Shown here in pieces: positions 39,928-49,739 of a stretch of 64,000 nucleotides of DNA. Under the pieces are notes generated by a model. That model was not told where the DNA came from, searched no databases, and saw only the letters and a program-made list of their open reading frames with translations. The translations under genes and the position numbers were made by a program. Source of the stretch: Fibrobacteria bacterium (GTDB lineage Bacteria; Fibrobacterota; Fibrobacteria; UBA11236); NCBI GenBank assembly GCA_041746255.1, contig JBGTHM010000115.1, positions 64,620-128,619 on the forward strand, written 5' to 3'. Positions within the stretch are counted from its first letter, which is position 1; every line of letters starts with the position of its first letter.

Positions 39928-40095
39928 GGCCTGATGCCGGGCGAGTGATTTTGCAGGCCTTCAGCGGAGCCCCCGCTTTGCGTAGGGCGCCGGAGCCTGT
40001 CTGAGCCCGCGAAGCGGGCGAGTTGCGACGGCAACCGCATCGCAAAGCGGAATGGGCGGAGCGCGCCTGCAAAATCACTCGCCCGGCATCAGGCC
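39928..40095. repeat. 168-bp palindromic element (MITE/REP-like) with 31-bp perfect terminal inverted repeats
   Basis: GGCCTGATGCCGGGCGAGTGATTTTGCAGGC (39928-39958) is the exact reverse complement of 40065-40095. Nested arms are at 39973-39982/40041-40050 and a central hairpin at 40005-40019. Confidence 0.85.
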
Positions 40096-40157
40096 CTACC
40101 ACTACCGATGATTTACCTACCCCTACCGTTGATAGACCCAATGTCAAAACTCAAGCA

Positions 40158-40586
40158 TCACCCGAACAGCGGCAGCACGGAAATCGGCCGATATTCCTGC
40201 TCCCACAGTTCCCAATAACCGGATTCCAGCCCATTGGTAACCATCAAGTACCGGCAGCGACACAAGCTCAAGTAACGCGAAACCTGGCGCGTCACTTCGT
40301 CGCCCAATGGTTCGCCTTGTGCCTTGCACTCCACCAGCAACCACGGAGCCAATGGCCGGTTATCCGCACCCGGTTTCCACACCAGAATGTCGGCACGGCG
40401 GAAATTGCCGGGTTCGATTTGGGAGAGACAGAATTCCACCCCCAGTAACCTGGGTGGAACCCTGACTTTTTTAAGCAAGTAGGTAATCACGGACTGCCGC
40501 ACCTCTTCTTCGGGAGTCGCCGCCACCCATTTCAAACGCACGGGATCGTAAATTTGCCGAAATCGGCTGGGCCTTCGTACTAACAT
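40158..40586 (-). CDS. Stand-alone HsdR N-terminal-like (PD-D/ExK) domain protein
   Basis: IYDPVR...TPEEEVRQ, RRADI, LVECKA, QVSRY and VTNG. Confidence 0.85.
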   Translation of the reverse strand: MLVRRPSRFRQIYDPVRLKWVAATPEEEVRQSVITYLLKKVRVPPRLLGVEFCLSQIEPGNFRRADILVWKPGADNRPLAPWLLVECKAQGEPLGDEVTRQVSRYLSLCRCRYLMVTNGLESGYWELWEQEYRPISVLPLFG

Positions 40587-41645
40587 CTATTTTACCGCCA
40601 CGCTGGCTTTGACCATGAAATGGTCCGCCGCATAAAGAGAGTCTCCCGCTTCCGTGGCGAACCTTTCGCCCAGCAGGACTTCCGCGTCGATCGACTTGGC
40701 GTCGCCGCGTAGAAAAACATAATCGATGCGCCGATTCGAAAAGGCCGCATTCGGGTCGGTGAGCAAGCCGCTGACGCAGCAGGTCCCGCCCTTGTCATCA
40801 TTCACGGCACTGTAAGCGTCCCGCCAGCCCGCTGTGATAAATGTCGAGTATACCGTTGAGCCGGGTTCCCCGTTGAAGTCGCCCAGCAAAATTTGCGGCA
40901 CCCCGTCCATGCGAACCCTATTCATGTGAGTCCGTAATTCCGTGGCTTGATTAATTTGATAGAGGCCGATTAAGGGGACCTCCAAATGGGTGTTGAATAT
41001 TTGGAAGTCCAGCGAACCTTTTTTCAAATCGACCTGGTTAAAGGCCCTCTTCGCCGAAAAGCCCCGGGATTTAAAATAACTGTTGAAAAATTGGGTGGCC
41101 GAATCCGTAACTTCAAATTCGGCCTTGTATAGAACGGCGTTGCCTTCCACGAATCTCACCTTCAACTTACCCGCCGAGGCGTCGACGGCTAAAATGGTAT
41201 CGTTCAATGGCGCCCAGTACGCCCGATAGTCCGGCCCACCCGATGCTTCGATGGCGGCCAGTAATTGAGGGATAAAATCGCTATGCGCGGTGTCATTCCA
41301 TTCCATGGCCATGACTTCCTGTAAACCGATGATATCCGGCTGTTCTTCCGCGATGACCCTGCCCATTATCTTGACCCGTTCCAAGGGAAGGTTTGCGAAA
41401 TAGTCTTGACGGATTTTGCTAAGCGCGGAATATACCGTATCCGTGTTGTTCGGATCGATGAAAATCAGGGAAGTGATATCGAAACCAATTGCCATGTTAT
41501 ACGTGGCGAAGCTCAGGGTATCGGTCCAGGGACCCGTCAGGGAATCGGGAGGATATTTTGGTTCCAAACCGGGCCCGGTGATATCATCCGCTTTTTTGGA
41601 GCAGGAACTCCAAACCAGGGCCAATGCAACCAGCCAATATTTCAC
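40587..41645 (-). CDS. Endonuclease/exonuclease/phosphatase family lipoprotein
   Basis: Lipobox WSSC, ATYN, PDIIGLQE, NTHL, GDFN, RIDYVF and ADH. Likely GTG start at 41645 overlapping the upstream TAG. Confidence 0.85.
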   Translation of the reverse strand: MKYWLVALALVWSSCSKKADDITGPGLEPKYPPDSLTGPWTDTLSFATYNMAIGFDITSLIFIDPNNTDTVYSALSKIRQDYFANLPLERVKIMGRVIAEEQPDIIGLQEVMAMEWNDTAHSDFIPQLLAAIEASGGPDYRAYWAPLNDTILAVDASAGKLKVRFVEGNAVLYKAEFEVTDSATQFFNSYFKSRGFSAKRAFNQVDLKKGSLDFQIFNTHLEVPLIGLYQINQATELRTHMNRVRMDGVPQILLGDFNGEPGSTVYSTFITAGWRDAYSAVNDDKGGTCCVSGLLTDPNAAFSNRRIDYVFLRGDAKSIDAEVLLGERFATEAGDSLYAADHFMVKASVAVK

Positions 41646-42589
41646 TACAAACCCCAGTAAACGTTTAATTTGAGCGAGGCGAACCATCCCGTGAAATCAC
41701 CCGTAACCGTTCGGAAGCGGGACTCGCCGATTTCCGCCAATTTTCGTGCCGAAGCCTCCGAGCCGAAAAAGATTTGATCGTCTTCGGGCCTGGAGGTCAC
41801 GGACTGAATGTACAAAATGGCTCCATTTTCAGCCTCAGGGAAAACAATGTCGAAAACCTGCGAATTCCCGGTTTCATCTTTTAAGGTGAATTGCGGCATA
41901 TGGGTTATTCGCCACCCCAATCGGGTCTGAAATCCCAAAAATCCACCCAAAAACCGGGTGGAGCGGAATTCCAGGTCGACGAAATATTTTTGCACCGTAT
42001 TGATACCCGGATCGACCGAATAACGGATATCATCGGACGGTAAGCCGAATTTCCCGAAATAGTCGGTTTTCATGCGGATGGAGGCGGAACCGGCCATCAC
42101 CCCGAGACCGGCTCCGGGAGCCAGACGCCAGGAGGGCGACAACAGGATTTCCCTGGAAACCTGCAAGGTAATCGGGAGAAATAAAAAAACCTCTTGAGCT
42201 TGGACGCAGCCGGCCAACCCATCAAAGCCATTGCCGCCGGCTCTCAGTGACGCACAGTCGATGCGATAATCCCTTTCCGCGTTTTCCAAATCGAAGGGAA
42301 CTTCAGTTTGCTCAAAGGATTCGGTCCAGAATTCCGCCTCCAACCCAAATCGCCAGGCGCCGATCTGAAACCCCGCTACAACCGCCTGCTGGGGATGTCC
42401 GTCGAATTGACTGACCTCGTAATTATTGAACCCGGATACTTGCGTGGTTTTTTCCAGCAATACCAGAACCCGGTTTAAGTCTTCCGCTTCGTAATGGGTA
42501 TAACCTTGCGAAAGCGACAAAAAGAGTTGCGTGGCGGAGATGGGCGTCGCCCAGATCAGGAGGCCAATAACCGCGGCGTTTTTTTTCAC
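41645..42589 (-). CDS. Hypothetical outer-membrane beta-barrel protein
   Basis: Signal peptide from GTG 42589 (start uncertain), amphipathic strands and C-terminal SLKLNVYWGL. Confidence 0.6.
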   Translation of the reverse strand: MKKNAAVIGLLIWATPISATQLFLSLSQGYTHYEAEDLNRVLVLLEKTTQVSGFNNYEVSQFDGHPQQAVVAGFQIGAWRFGLEAEFWTESFEQTEVPFDLENAERDYRIDCASLRAGGNGFDGLAGCVQAQEVFLFLPITLQVSREILLSPSWRLAPGAGLGVMAGSASIRMKTDYFGKFGLPSDDIRYSVDPGINTVQKYFVDLEFRSTRFLGGFLGFQTRLGWRITHMPQFTLKDETGNSQVFDIVFPEAENGAILYIQSVTSRPEDDQIFFGSEASARKLAEIGESRFRTVTGDFTGWFASLKLNVYWGL

Positions 42590-42605
42590 TCTCCGGCTAT
42601 CCCAC

Positions 42606-43352
42606 CTACCGTCCACGAAACCGAGCGGGCCGGGAAAATTGGGTGACACTTCGCTGCCAAAGATATCGTTCTTCTCGCCGCAGGCATAACCAGACGATAG
42701 GAACCATCAAAACCACATCACGGGTCAACGCGAACCAGGCATCGGCAGGGCCTTGCGCGCCGGAAATATCGAAGCAGCCGCAGGCAATGCCCAATTCCCG
42801 CGCCAAAGCTTGCCACAGCGCGACGATGAACATGATCATGAGCGCTCCGATGAAAAGGGAGTATTCCCGGGAATAACGGGTAAAAATAAGCCCGCCGGCC
42901 ACCACCAACTCCAACGCCGGCATGCCGACCGCAAAGGGATGGACCAGTAATTCCGGGAGTAATTGATATTGGGCCACCGCCATAGCGAACTCAGTGGGAT
43001 TCACCAATTTCGGCCATGCCGCCGCCAGGAACATCACACCCAGTCCGACTCGGAAAAAAGACTCTAAATAGTCGTCCAAGCGCATATACCGCGCTCGAAT
43101 CAGGACGAACCCGAGCAGCAGCGACGCCAGCAACAATCCCACGATGAGGGCGCCATGCCGAACCGTATCTCTCCAGGCCAATTCAATAGCGGACCACAGT
43201 CCCGCCCAAAATCCCGGTGCGGGATAACCCGGAGGCGTTTCCAAAATCTGGGGACTGCCGAACCAAGGCACACCGTTGGGATTAAACAGGTTATTCGTTT
43301 CAGCAATCAAGCCCGCGAGTATCAAGGTTACAATGACGACTCTTTTATTCAT
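42606..43352 (-). CDS. MauE/DoxX family membrane protein
   Basis: FLAAAWPK, PALELVV, IACGCF and TRDVV. Confidence 0.8.
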   Translation of the reverse strand: MNKRVVIVTLILAGLIAETNNLFNPNGVPWFGSPQILETPPGYPAPGFWAGLWSAIELAWRDTVRHGALIVGLLLASLLLGFVLIRARYMRLDDYLESFFRVGLGVMFLAAAWPKLVNPTEFAMAVAQYQLLPELLVHPFAVGMPALELVVAGGLIFTRYSREYSLFIGALMIMFIVALWQALARELGIACGCFDISGAQGPADAWFALTRDVVLMVPIVWLCLRREERYLWQRSVTQFSRPARFRGR

Positions 43353-43427
43353 AGACTCAAAAATACTTAGTCTAGCCCAATCGGCACAGCTGACAAGGCC
43401 CTTTGTGTGATGTAAATTGGGGAATAT

Positions 43428-44324
43428 ATGGCCTTTCTGGAAAAAATCCGCAAAAGTATCCCGACTTTGTCCTATGAATTGTTCCCACCCAAAAACCCCA
43501 CGGGCTGGGGTACCTTGTATGCCACGCTATCCGAAATCGCCAAGCAAGCTCCGGACTATATCTCGGTAACCTATGGTGCCGGGGGATCTACCCGAGACAA
43601 AACCGTGGATATGGTCGGTCGCATTCAAAATGAATTGGGTATCGAATCCATGGCCCACCTGACTTGTGTGGGCCATTCCCGCGATGAACTGCAAAATCTG
43701 CTGCAGTCGCTGCAAAAGGTCGGAATCCGCAACGTCCTGGCCCTTCGGGGAGATCCACCAAAAGGTGACACGGCTTTCAAGCCTCATCCCGATGGCTTTG
43801 CCCATGCCAGCGATTTGATTGAATTCATCCGCGAGCAATTCACCTTTAATTTAGGCTGTGCCTATTACCCCGAAAAACACGTCGAAGCGCCTACCCTCGA
43901 AGAAGATATCCTCCATCTCAAATTGAAGCAGGATAGAGGCGCTGACGTAGCCATTAGCCAGCTATTCTTCGATAATGAAAACTTCTACCGGTTCCGCGAC
44001 CTGGCCTATAAGGCCGGAGTGCGAATTCCCCTGGTCGCCGGAATCATGCCGGTACTCGAATTGAAACAGCTGCCTCGCTTTCAACAACTTTCCGGATGCG
44101 TAGTTCCCGAGAAATTGGTTGCCGCGCTGGGTGAAGGTCAAAATGAAGAAATACAGGAGCGGGGCATCGAATACGCCACCCGACAATGCCTCGATTTGCT
44201 TGCCAATGGCATTGCCGGAATCCATCTCTATTGCCTCAACCGTTACCAATCCTCCGTGCGCATAACCGAGAACTTGCGACGGGAAGGTCATTTCCGGGTC
44301 GAGTCCGACTCTCCGGAGAGTTGA
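43428..44324 (+). CDS. metF: 5,10-methylenetetrahydrofolate reductase
   Basis: SYELFPPK, SVTYGAGG, AHLTC, LALRGDPP, SQLFFD and GIHLY. Confidence 0.95.
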   Translation: MAFLEKIRKSIPTLSYELFPPKNPTGWGTLYATLSEIAKQAPDYISVTYGAGGSTRDKTVDMVGRIQNELGIESMAHLTCVGHSRDELQNLLQSLQKVGIRNVLALRGDPPKGDTAFKPHPDGFAHASDLIEFIREQFTFNLGCAYYPEKHVEAPTLEEDILHLKLKQDRGADVAISQLFFDNENFYRFRDLAYKAGVRIPLVAGIMPVLELKQLPRFQQLSGCVVPEKLVAALGEGQNEEIQERGIEYATRQCLDLLANGIAGIHLYCLNRYQSSVRITENLRREGHFRVESDSPES

Positions 44325-44328
44325 TTTC

Positions 44329-45618
44329 GTGAGCCAGGCGAAAGAGCCACAGGCTCCCAATCGCCTTCACGCCTTACTTCAGCGGCTTCGCCGCGAAGGC
44401 GGGGAAATCCTGGAGTTGACCGAATCCAACCCCACCCATGTCGGTTTTACCTACCCCGAAACCGAAATTCTTGCCGCCCTGAGCAGCCCCGAAAGTTTGA
44501 GCTATGCTCCCGAACCCGCCGGACTCCTCGTTGCACGCAAGTCCGTTGCCGAGTACTATGCTGAAATCCGTTCCGACCCTCAAGCGAAACACATGGGAAA
44601 TGCGGAACAAACGACCCAAACCTATCCGCCGGTTCGGCCCGAAAACTTGATCCTCACGTCCGGAACTTCGGAAGCCTATGGTTTTTTATGCAAACTTTTA
44701 TGCAAACCGGGTGATGAGATATTGATCCCCTCGCCATGCTATCCCTTGCTGGATTGCCTGTCCGAACTGGAGCATGTTTGCCTCGTTAAATATCCTTTGG
44801 CCTTTCACCCGGAACAAGCGCGGCCCTGGACCCTGGATTTAAATGCCCTGGAAAATTCCATCTCGACTCTCACTCGAGTACTCGTCGTAGTGAATCCCAA
44901 CAATCCTACCGGGCATTATTTCACCGCTGACGAAGCCCGCGCATTACTAAAAATCGCCGCGCGCCATGACCTTGCCGTCGTGGTGGACGAAGTTTTTCGC
45001 GACTATGCCTTGCTAGGGAAGCCGGAACAGTATTTCGCGGCCGAGTCCACACAGGTTTCTCTGACCCGCCCCCTATTCACTTTGAACGGCTTTTCCAAAA
45101 CCCTGGGTCTGCCACAACTGAAATTGGCATGGATACATATCTCCGGTGAAGAAGCGCTGATCCGTCCCTACCATGAGAGACTGGAATTCATTGCCGATGC
45201 CTACCTCTCGGTCAATTCACCGGTTCAGAACGCCGCCGCCGGGTTATTTCGATTACGGGGCCAATTACAAAACCAGATTCTCTCGCGACTTCGCACAAAC
45301 TTGAAAACCGCCACCGATATGGTCGGCGAATACAGCGCCGTTCAAATTCTACCTCCCGAAGGAGGATGGCAACTCATCCTGCTCTGCGATGTTGCCATGG
45401 ATGATGAGACCCTTTCCCTAATCTTACTGGAAGAATGCCGGATTTTTGTCCATCCCGGCTATTATTTCGATTTGCCACACCCCTGCGGCTTGGTCGTGAG
45501 CCTCCTGTTACCGCCCGAGCGATTTCGCGAGGGTTTGACACGGCTGCTTATGCGAGTTCAAGGTTTAACCGAACCGCCTCAAAACAACTCCCTTCTTCAA
45601 CCGGGAAACGCATCATGA
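44329..45618 (+). CDS. PLP-dependent aminotransferase class I/II
   Basis: LTESNPT, TSGTSEAY, VNPNNPTG, DEVF and FSK-x2-GLPQLKLAW. Confidence 0.88.
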   Translation: MSQAKEPQAPNRLHALLQRLRREGGEILELTESNPTHVGFTYPETEILAALSSPESLSYAPEPAGLLVARKSVAEYYAEIRSDPQAKHMGNAEQTTQTYPPVRPENLILTSGTSEAYGFLCKLLCKPGDEILIPSPCYPLLDCLSELEHVCLVKYPLAFHPEQARPWTLDLNALENSISTLTRVLVVVNPNNPTGHYFTADEARALLKIAARHDLAVVVDEVFRDYALLGKPEQYFAAESTQVSLTRPLFTLNGFSKTLGLPQLKLAWIHISGEEALIRPYHERLEFIADAYLSVNSPVQNAAAGLFRLRGQLQNQILSRLRTNLKTATDMVGEYSAVQILPPEGGWQLILLCDVAMDDETLSLILLEECRIFVHPGYYFDLPHPCGLVVSLLLPPERFREGLTRLLMRVQGLTEPPQNNSLLQPGNAS

Positions 45619-46511
45619 TTTCCACCAACGCTCCATCGAAAAGTACCACCGACATCGGAACCAATCATTCCAACAAAGCCCGGGTAAGGCGCTACTATGC
45701 CGCCGCCACCGAAGATTATCTGAAATACTATGAAGCCGACTGGCATCACCATATGCATTACGGCTTCGAACGTGATTTACCCAAGGGAGGCAATCCCACC
45801 GAGAACCTGGTGCGTTACCTGGCCGACACGGGAGGCATCACCGCGGGCGCCCGGGTGTTGGATGCCGGATGCGGCGTGGGCGGCTCCGCGATTTGGTTGG
45901 CGCAGAACCGAGGCTGCGCAAGCGTGGGCATCACTTTGATGGAACCGCAAGCCCGCCTGGCCCGGGGATTCGCCGAGCGGAAATCTCCTCCGGCCCAGGC
46001 TCGCTTTTCCGCCATGGATTTTACCGCTCCGGCTTTCAAACCCGGGTCTTTCGATTTTGTTTGGGCGGTGGAGAGCTTCGATCATGCCTTCGACAAAGCC
46101 GCCTTTATCGCGGAAATGGCGAAGTTGCTGTCGCCGGGCGGAAGAATCGTCATCGCGGATGGGTTTCGGGCCGACCGCGAATTCACCCCCCGCGAAACCC
46201 GGCAATACTCCCGGTTTCTGGAAGGTTGGGCGGTGCCTCACCTCTGCACCCGGGAAGAAATGCGCGGCTATGCCGCCGAGGCATCGCTGAAAGTGGCCTT
46301 GCACGAGGATATCAGCGCCGACGTGGCGCCGCATGCCTTCGCAATTTATCGCTTTGGATTGTTTTTCGGGCCTTTACGGTTTCTGGGGCATAAACTGGGA
46401 TTGACCAGCCGGGAAAAACTAGGTAACGCCTGGGCTACCTATCATCAGTACACCACTTTTCGTAAAGGGCTGTGGACATATGATGTTTTTGTATTGGAAA
46501 AAGCCGGTTAG
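45615..46511 (+). CDS. Class I SAM methyltransferase (tocopherol/sterol/N-methyltransferase-like)
   Basis: HMHYG, VLDAGCGVGGS, GITL, FDFVWAVES and PGGRIVIAD. ATGA overlap at 45615. Confidence 0.85.
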   Translation: MISTNAPSKSTTDIGTNHSNKARVRRYYAAATEDYLKYYEADWHHHMHYGFERDLPKGGNPTENLVRYLADTGGITAGARVLDAGCGVGGSAIWLAQNRGCASVGITLMEPQARLARGFAERKSPPAQARFSAMDFTAPAFKPGSFDFVWAVESFDHAFDKAAFIAEMAKLLSPGGRIVIADGFRADREFTPRETRQYSRFLEGWAVPHLCTREEMRGYAAEASLKVALHEDISADVAPHAFAIYRFGLFFGPLRFLGHKLGLTSREKLGNAWATYHQYTTFRKGLWTYDVFVLEKAG

Positions 46512-46720
46512 GGGATATTCCCGCGAGCCCGGGTGACGGTGATATGGTTGAATCCTGACTGCAGAGCTGTAACGTCAGGGCACACCATGGCCGTAACGTG
46601 CCGGATTCGTCGCTTTTACTAAAAATTGACAGGCCCTGTAACCTTTTCCACCCCTTCCCGGACTAAAACCCACATTTCCATCCTGGTTTAAGTGCTTCCC
46701 GGTGAAGCAGGGGTATCGGT

Positions 46721-49165
46721 ATGCCATTCAGTGAAAATTCACCCATTCTGGTTCTTGGAGGCGACGGGTATTTAGGGTGGCCCCTTTCCCTGCATCTTGC
46801 CTTGGAACATCCTTCCAGGCCGGTTATCATGGCCGATAATCATCTCAGACGCAGACTCGTGAAGGAAACGGGCGGCGAAAGCCTGCTTCCCATTTTATCT
46901 CCATCCGGGCGCATAAAGGCCGCGCGGGATATCCACTCCGTCGACAACCTTGAGTTCATCCATCTCGACGTAAACTCTCCGGTCCTGGAAGCGCTCATCC
47001 GGGAACGGAAACCGGGAACGGTCTACCACCTGGCCCAACAATGTTCCGCGCCTTATTCCATGCGCGGAAGCCGGGAAGCGCTGTTCACCCTCCGGAACAA
47101 TGAGGAAGGTAACATGCGTGTATTATGGGCCGTGCGGCGTCATGTTCCGGAGGCGCATATCGTCAAGCTGGGGACCTTCGGAGAGTACGCGAAGTCGGGC
47201 TTGGATATCGCCGAAGGATATTTCCGTCCCGAATACCGGGGACGCATCGCGGAACGGCCTGTGCCTTATCCCAGGGAGGCGGACGACTTCTACCATGCCT
47301 CCAAAATCAACGACAGCAATTATATCTCCGTGGCCTGCAGAAAGTGGGGGCTGCGCGTCTCCGATATCATGCAATCGACGGTTTTCGGTTCGTGGACGGA
47401 GAAAACCGGGGCCGCGCATGAGCTCTTTACGCGCCTCGACTATGACGAATGTTTCGGCACCGTGGTGAACCGGTTTCTCGCCCAGGTGGTACGGGGGAAA
47501 TCCCTGAGCGTCTATGGAACCGGCCACCAACGCACGGGCCTGATGGCCCTTTCCGATTCCATCCAATCTTTGGTTTCCCTATGCGACAAAGCGCCGTCGG
47601 TCGGCACCCACCGGGTCATCAATCATGTAACGGAAGACTCCTTTTCGGTAATCGAACTCGCGGAAACGATGCGCGGCATTGCCATGGAGGAAGGCTTTTT
47701 GGTCACAATTGAAAGAGGCGCCCACGACCCAAGAGGAGAGACAGCCCCCGCGAAGATGGAATATCGCATTGAAAGACGGTATGTTTCGGAGAGCTTCGAG
47801 TCCGCCGGAATGAGAGAGGTTATTTCCAAAACCTTTCGGATGGTTCTGCCTTACAGACACCGCGTAAATGCGGCTCTTTTCGCCCCCAAGACCCTATGGA
47901 ACGGTCATTCCCCGGTTTTTGAAAAGTCGGAATCGTCCCCGCATGAATTCCCGGATGCAAACTTTCGCCTGCGCCATTTTCCCTATGGCCGCATCAACTT
48001 GAATCCCGGAACCTTGGGTTCCCCATCGTTGGATACCCTTGAAGCCATGGGGAGATTTCATGAGGATGAGCGTTTGGGGCATCCGCTAGGGCAGTACCAG
48101 CATGGGCGCGAGGTTTTGGACCGGTGTTTATCCCTTATTCCCGTGCTATGGAAAACGAATTCCCATTTGGCGACCGTTTCGGCAAGCGCCACCCAATTCA
48201 CCAACCTGTTGGCGCTTTCCATGGCACGCTCCTTCCCGAACCGTTCCAGACCGATACGCATCGTGACCACGCCCCACGAACATCAAGGTGGTATCAGCGC
48301 ATTTGAAGCCCTGTCCGACTTCGAAGTTCTTTACCTGTCCGCCCTGGAAATGGCGGACAATGAGACCTTCGTGGATTTCCTTCGCAAACACCGTCCCGAT
48401 GCGGGTTTCTATTCCCATATCGCCTATGATTCGGGTTGGCGGTTTCCCGTTGAGAGCTGGGCCTCAAGCATGAAGGCTATTTTACCCGACTCCCTGGTTA
48501 TTCTTGATCTTTGTCAGTCGCTGGGATTGTTGGATCCGCCTTTCGAATATGCCGACGTCCTGTTTACCAGTTCCCATAAATGGCTGTTCGGACCAAAGGG
48601 AGCGGGTATACTCTGGACCAACGAGCGTTTCCGAAGGAAAATAGGGGCGTTGCAATGGTCGGGAGAATCGTTGTCGTTTCAACCCGGCGAATCGGGCTTC
48701 GGCCCCTCGGGCGGGATGGACTTCTCCATTTTCTCCGGACTGGAAGCCACGCTGCGTCTTCATCAATTCGTGGGAAACAAAACCATATTTGCAAGAAGTT
48801 CGGCCCTTTCCGCCTATTTCCGAAAAAATCTGCGCGACATACTCGAACATGCCGGCATTACCCATGAATTCATGGACTCCCCGAAAGGCTTTCCCATCGC
48901 CTCAGCCGTTTTATCGGTCGATTTCGTGGATTTGGATCCCTACCCCGTCTATATCCACCTGGAGGAAAACGGGGTGCATGTGAAATGCATCAAGGGAAAA
49001 CAGATAGCCGGAGCGACCCGGAATCTGCTTCGTTTCGGGTTCCCCTACTATGAAGACGAAAAACGGTTGGATACGGTTTTGGCTTGTATGGAAGCCTATC
49101 TTTCCTCCTGCCGGGAACCAATCCTTGCACCGAACCGGCATCCGCATTTGGCCAGGGAGAATTGA
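46721..49165 (+). CDS. sqdB: Fusion of UDP-sulfoquinovose synthase-like SDR (aa ~1-393) and class V PLP C-S lyase/desulfurase-like domain (aa ~415-800)
   Basis: SqdB/SQD1 motifs GGDGYLGW, SAPYSM, VKLGTFGEY, FYHASK and RLDYDECFGTVVNRF...VYGTG. Class V motifs NLNPGTLG, HEHQGG, DLCQSLG and SSHKWLFGPKG (K620). One continuous frame. Confidence 0.88.
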   Translation: MPFSENSPILVLGGDGYLGWPLSLHLALEHPSRPVIMADNHLRRRLVKETGGESLLPILSPSGRIKAARDIHSVDNLEFIHLDVNSPVLEALIRERKPGTVYHLAQQCSAPYSMRGSREALFTLRNNEEGNMRVLWAVRRHVPEAHIVKLGTFGEYAKSGLDIAEGYFRPEYRGRIAERPVPYPREADDFYHASKINDSNYISVACRKWGLRVSDIMQSTVFGSWTEKTGAAHELFTRLDYDECFGTVVNRFLAQVVRGKSLSVYGTGHQRTGLMALSDSIQSLVSLCDKAPSVGTHRVINHVTEDSFSVIELAETMRGIAMEEGFLVTIERGAHDPRGETAPAKMEYRIERRYVSESFESAGMREVISKTFRMVLPYRHRVNAALFAPKTLWNGHSPVFEKSESSPHEFPDANFRLRHFPYGRINLNPGTLGSPSLDTLEAMGRFHEDERLGHPLGQYQHGREVLDRCLSLIPVLWKTNSHLATVSASATQFTNLLALSMARSFPNRSRPIRIVTTPHEHQGGISAFEALSDFEVLYLSALEMADNETFVDFLRKHRPDAGFYSHIAYDSGWRFPVESWASSMKAILPDSLVILDLCQSLGLLDPPFEYADVLFTSSHKWLFGPKGAGILWTNERFRRKIGALQWSGESLSFQPGESGFGPSGGMDFSIFSGLEATLRLHQFVGNKTIFARSSALSAYFRKNLRDILEHAGITHEFMDSPKGFPIASAVLSVDFVDLDPYPVYIHLEENGVHVKCIKGKQIAGATRNLLRFGFPYYEDEKRLDTVLACMEAYLSSCREPILAPNRHPHLAREN

Positions 49166-49169
49166 ATCC

Positions 49170-49739
49170 ATGTGGGAATCGCTCATCAATGCCTGTCGGC
49201 GTGTCATTCCGCCCCTCGGACCTTATCCTGATTTCCAACAGGTGGCCGATGCGATGAACCTGCTTACCCCTGTGGTTTCCAACTACCGGGTGGAAGGCGA
49301 GGGCATCCCCTATGGCCGGTACCTGCTTTTCCAAGACTCCGATGATCTTTTCAACGTGCAGGTGGATGTCTTTTCCAAAGGCTATACCGGCGCCATCCAT
49401 TGCCATGAAACCTGGGGTTGCTTCTGGGTGCTCAGGGGTAACCTTCATGTTTCCGATTGGATACCCGAGAAGGACGGCTATGTCCGTATACGAGCATCGA
49501 CATTGGGAACCGGAAGCGGTCAATGCTTCTGCCCCCCATCGCCGGATTGGCATAAAACCGCTACGCCCCTAGAAGGGGATCAGGTGGTGAGTCTGCATAT
49601 TTACGGATCCGGCTATAACCTCGACAGGGGAATCTACCTGGACGACTCGAAAATGCCCCGTACCGGCTTACGCAGCCCATTCAAGGATCTCGCCCTGGTT
49701 ACCTCCCACATGCGAACGGTAGCAGGGCCTTCTGCGTAA
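49170..49739 (+). CDS. Cysteine dioxygenase-family thiol dioxygenase (cupin)
   Basis: YGRYLL (Arg-type), IHCH plus WH forming a 3-His triad, and SLHIY. GGGAG RBS; starts 4 nt after the fusion-gene stop. Confidence 0.85.
   Translation: MWESLINACRRVIPPLGPYPDFQQVADAMNLLTPVVSNYRVEGEGIPYGRYLLFQDSDDLFNVQVDVFSKGYTGAIHCHETWGCFWVLRGNLHVSDWIPEKDGYVRIRASTLGTGSGQCFCPPSPDWHKTATPLEGDQVVSLHIYGSGYNLDRGIYLDDSKMPRTGLRSPFKDLALVTSHMRTVAGPSA

Noticed and set aside
40158..40586. Type I restriction-modification or defence system
   Set aside because: Only a short stand-alone domain; no helicase, hsdM or hsdS.
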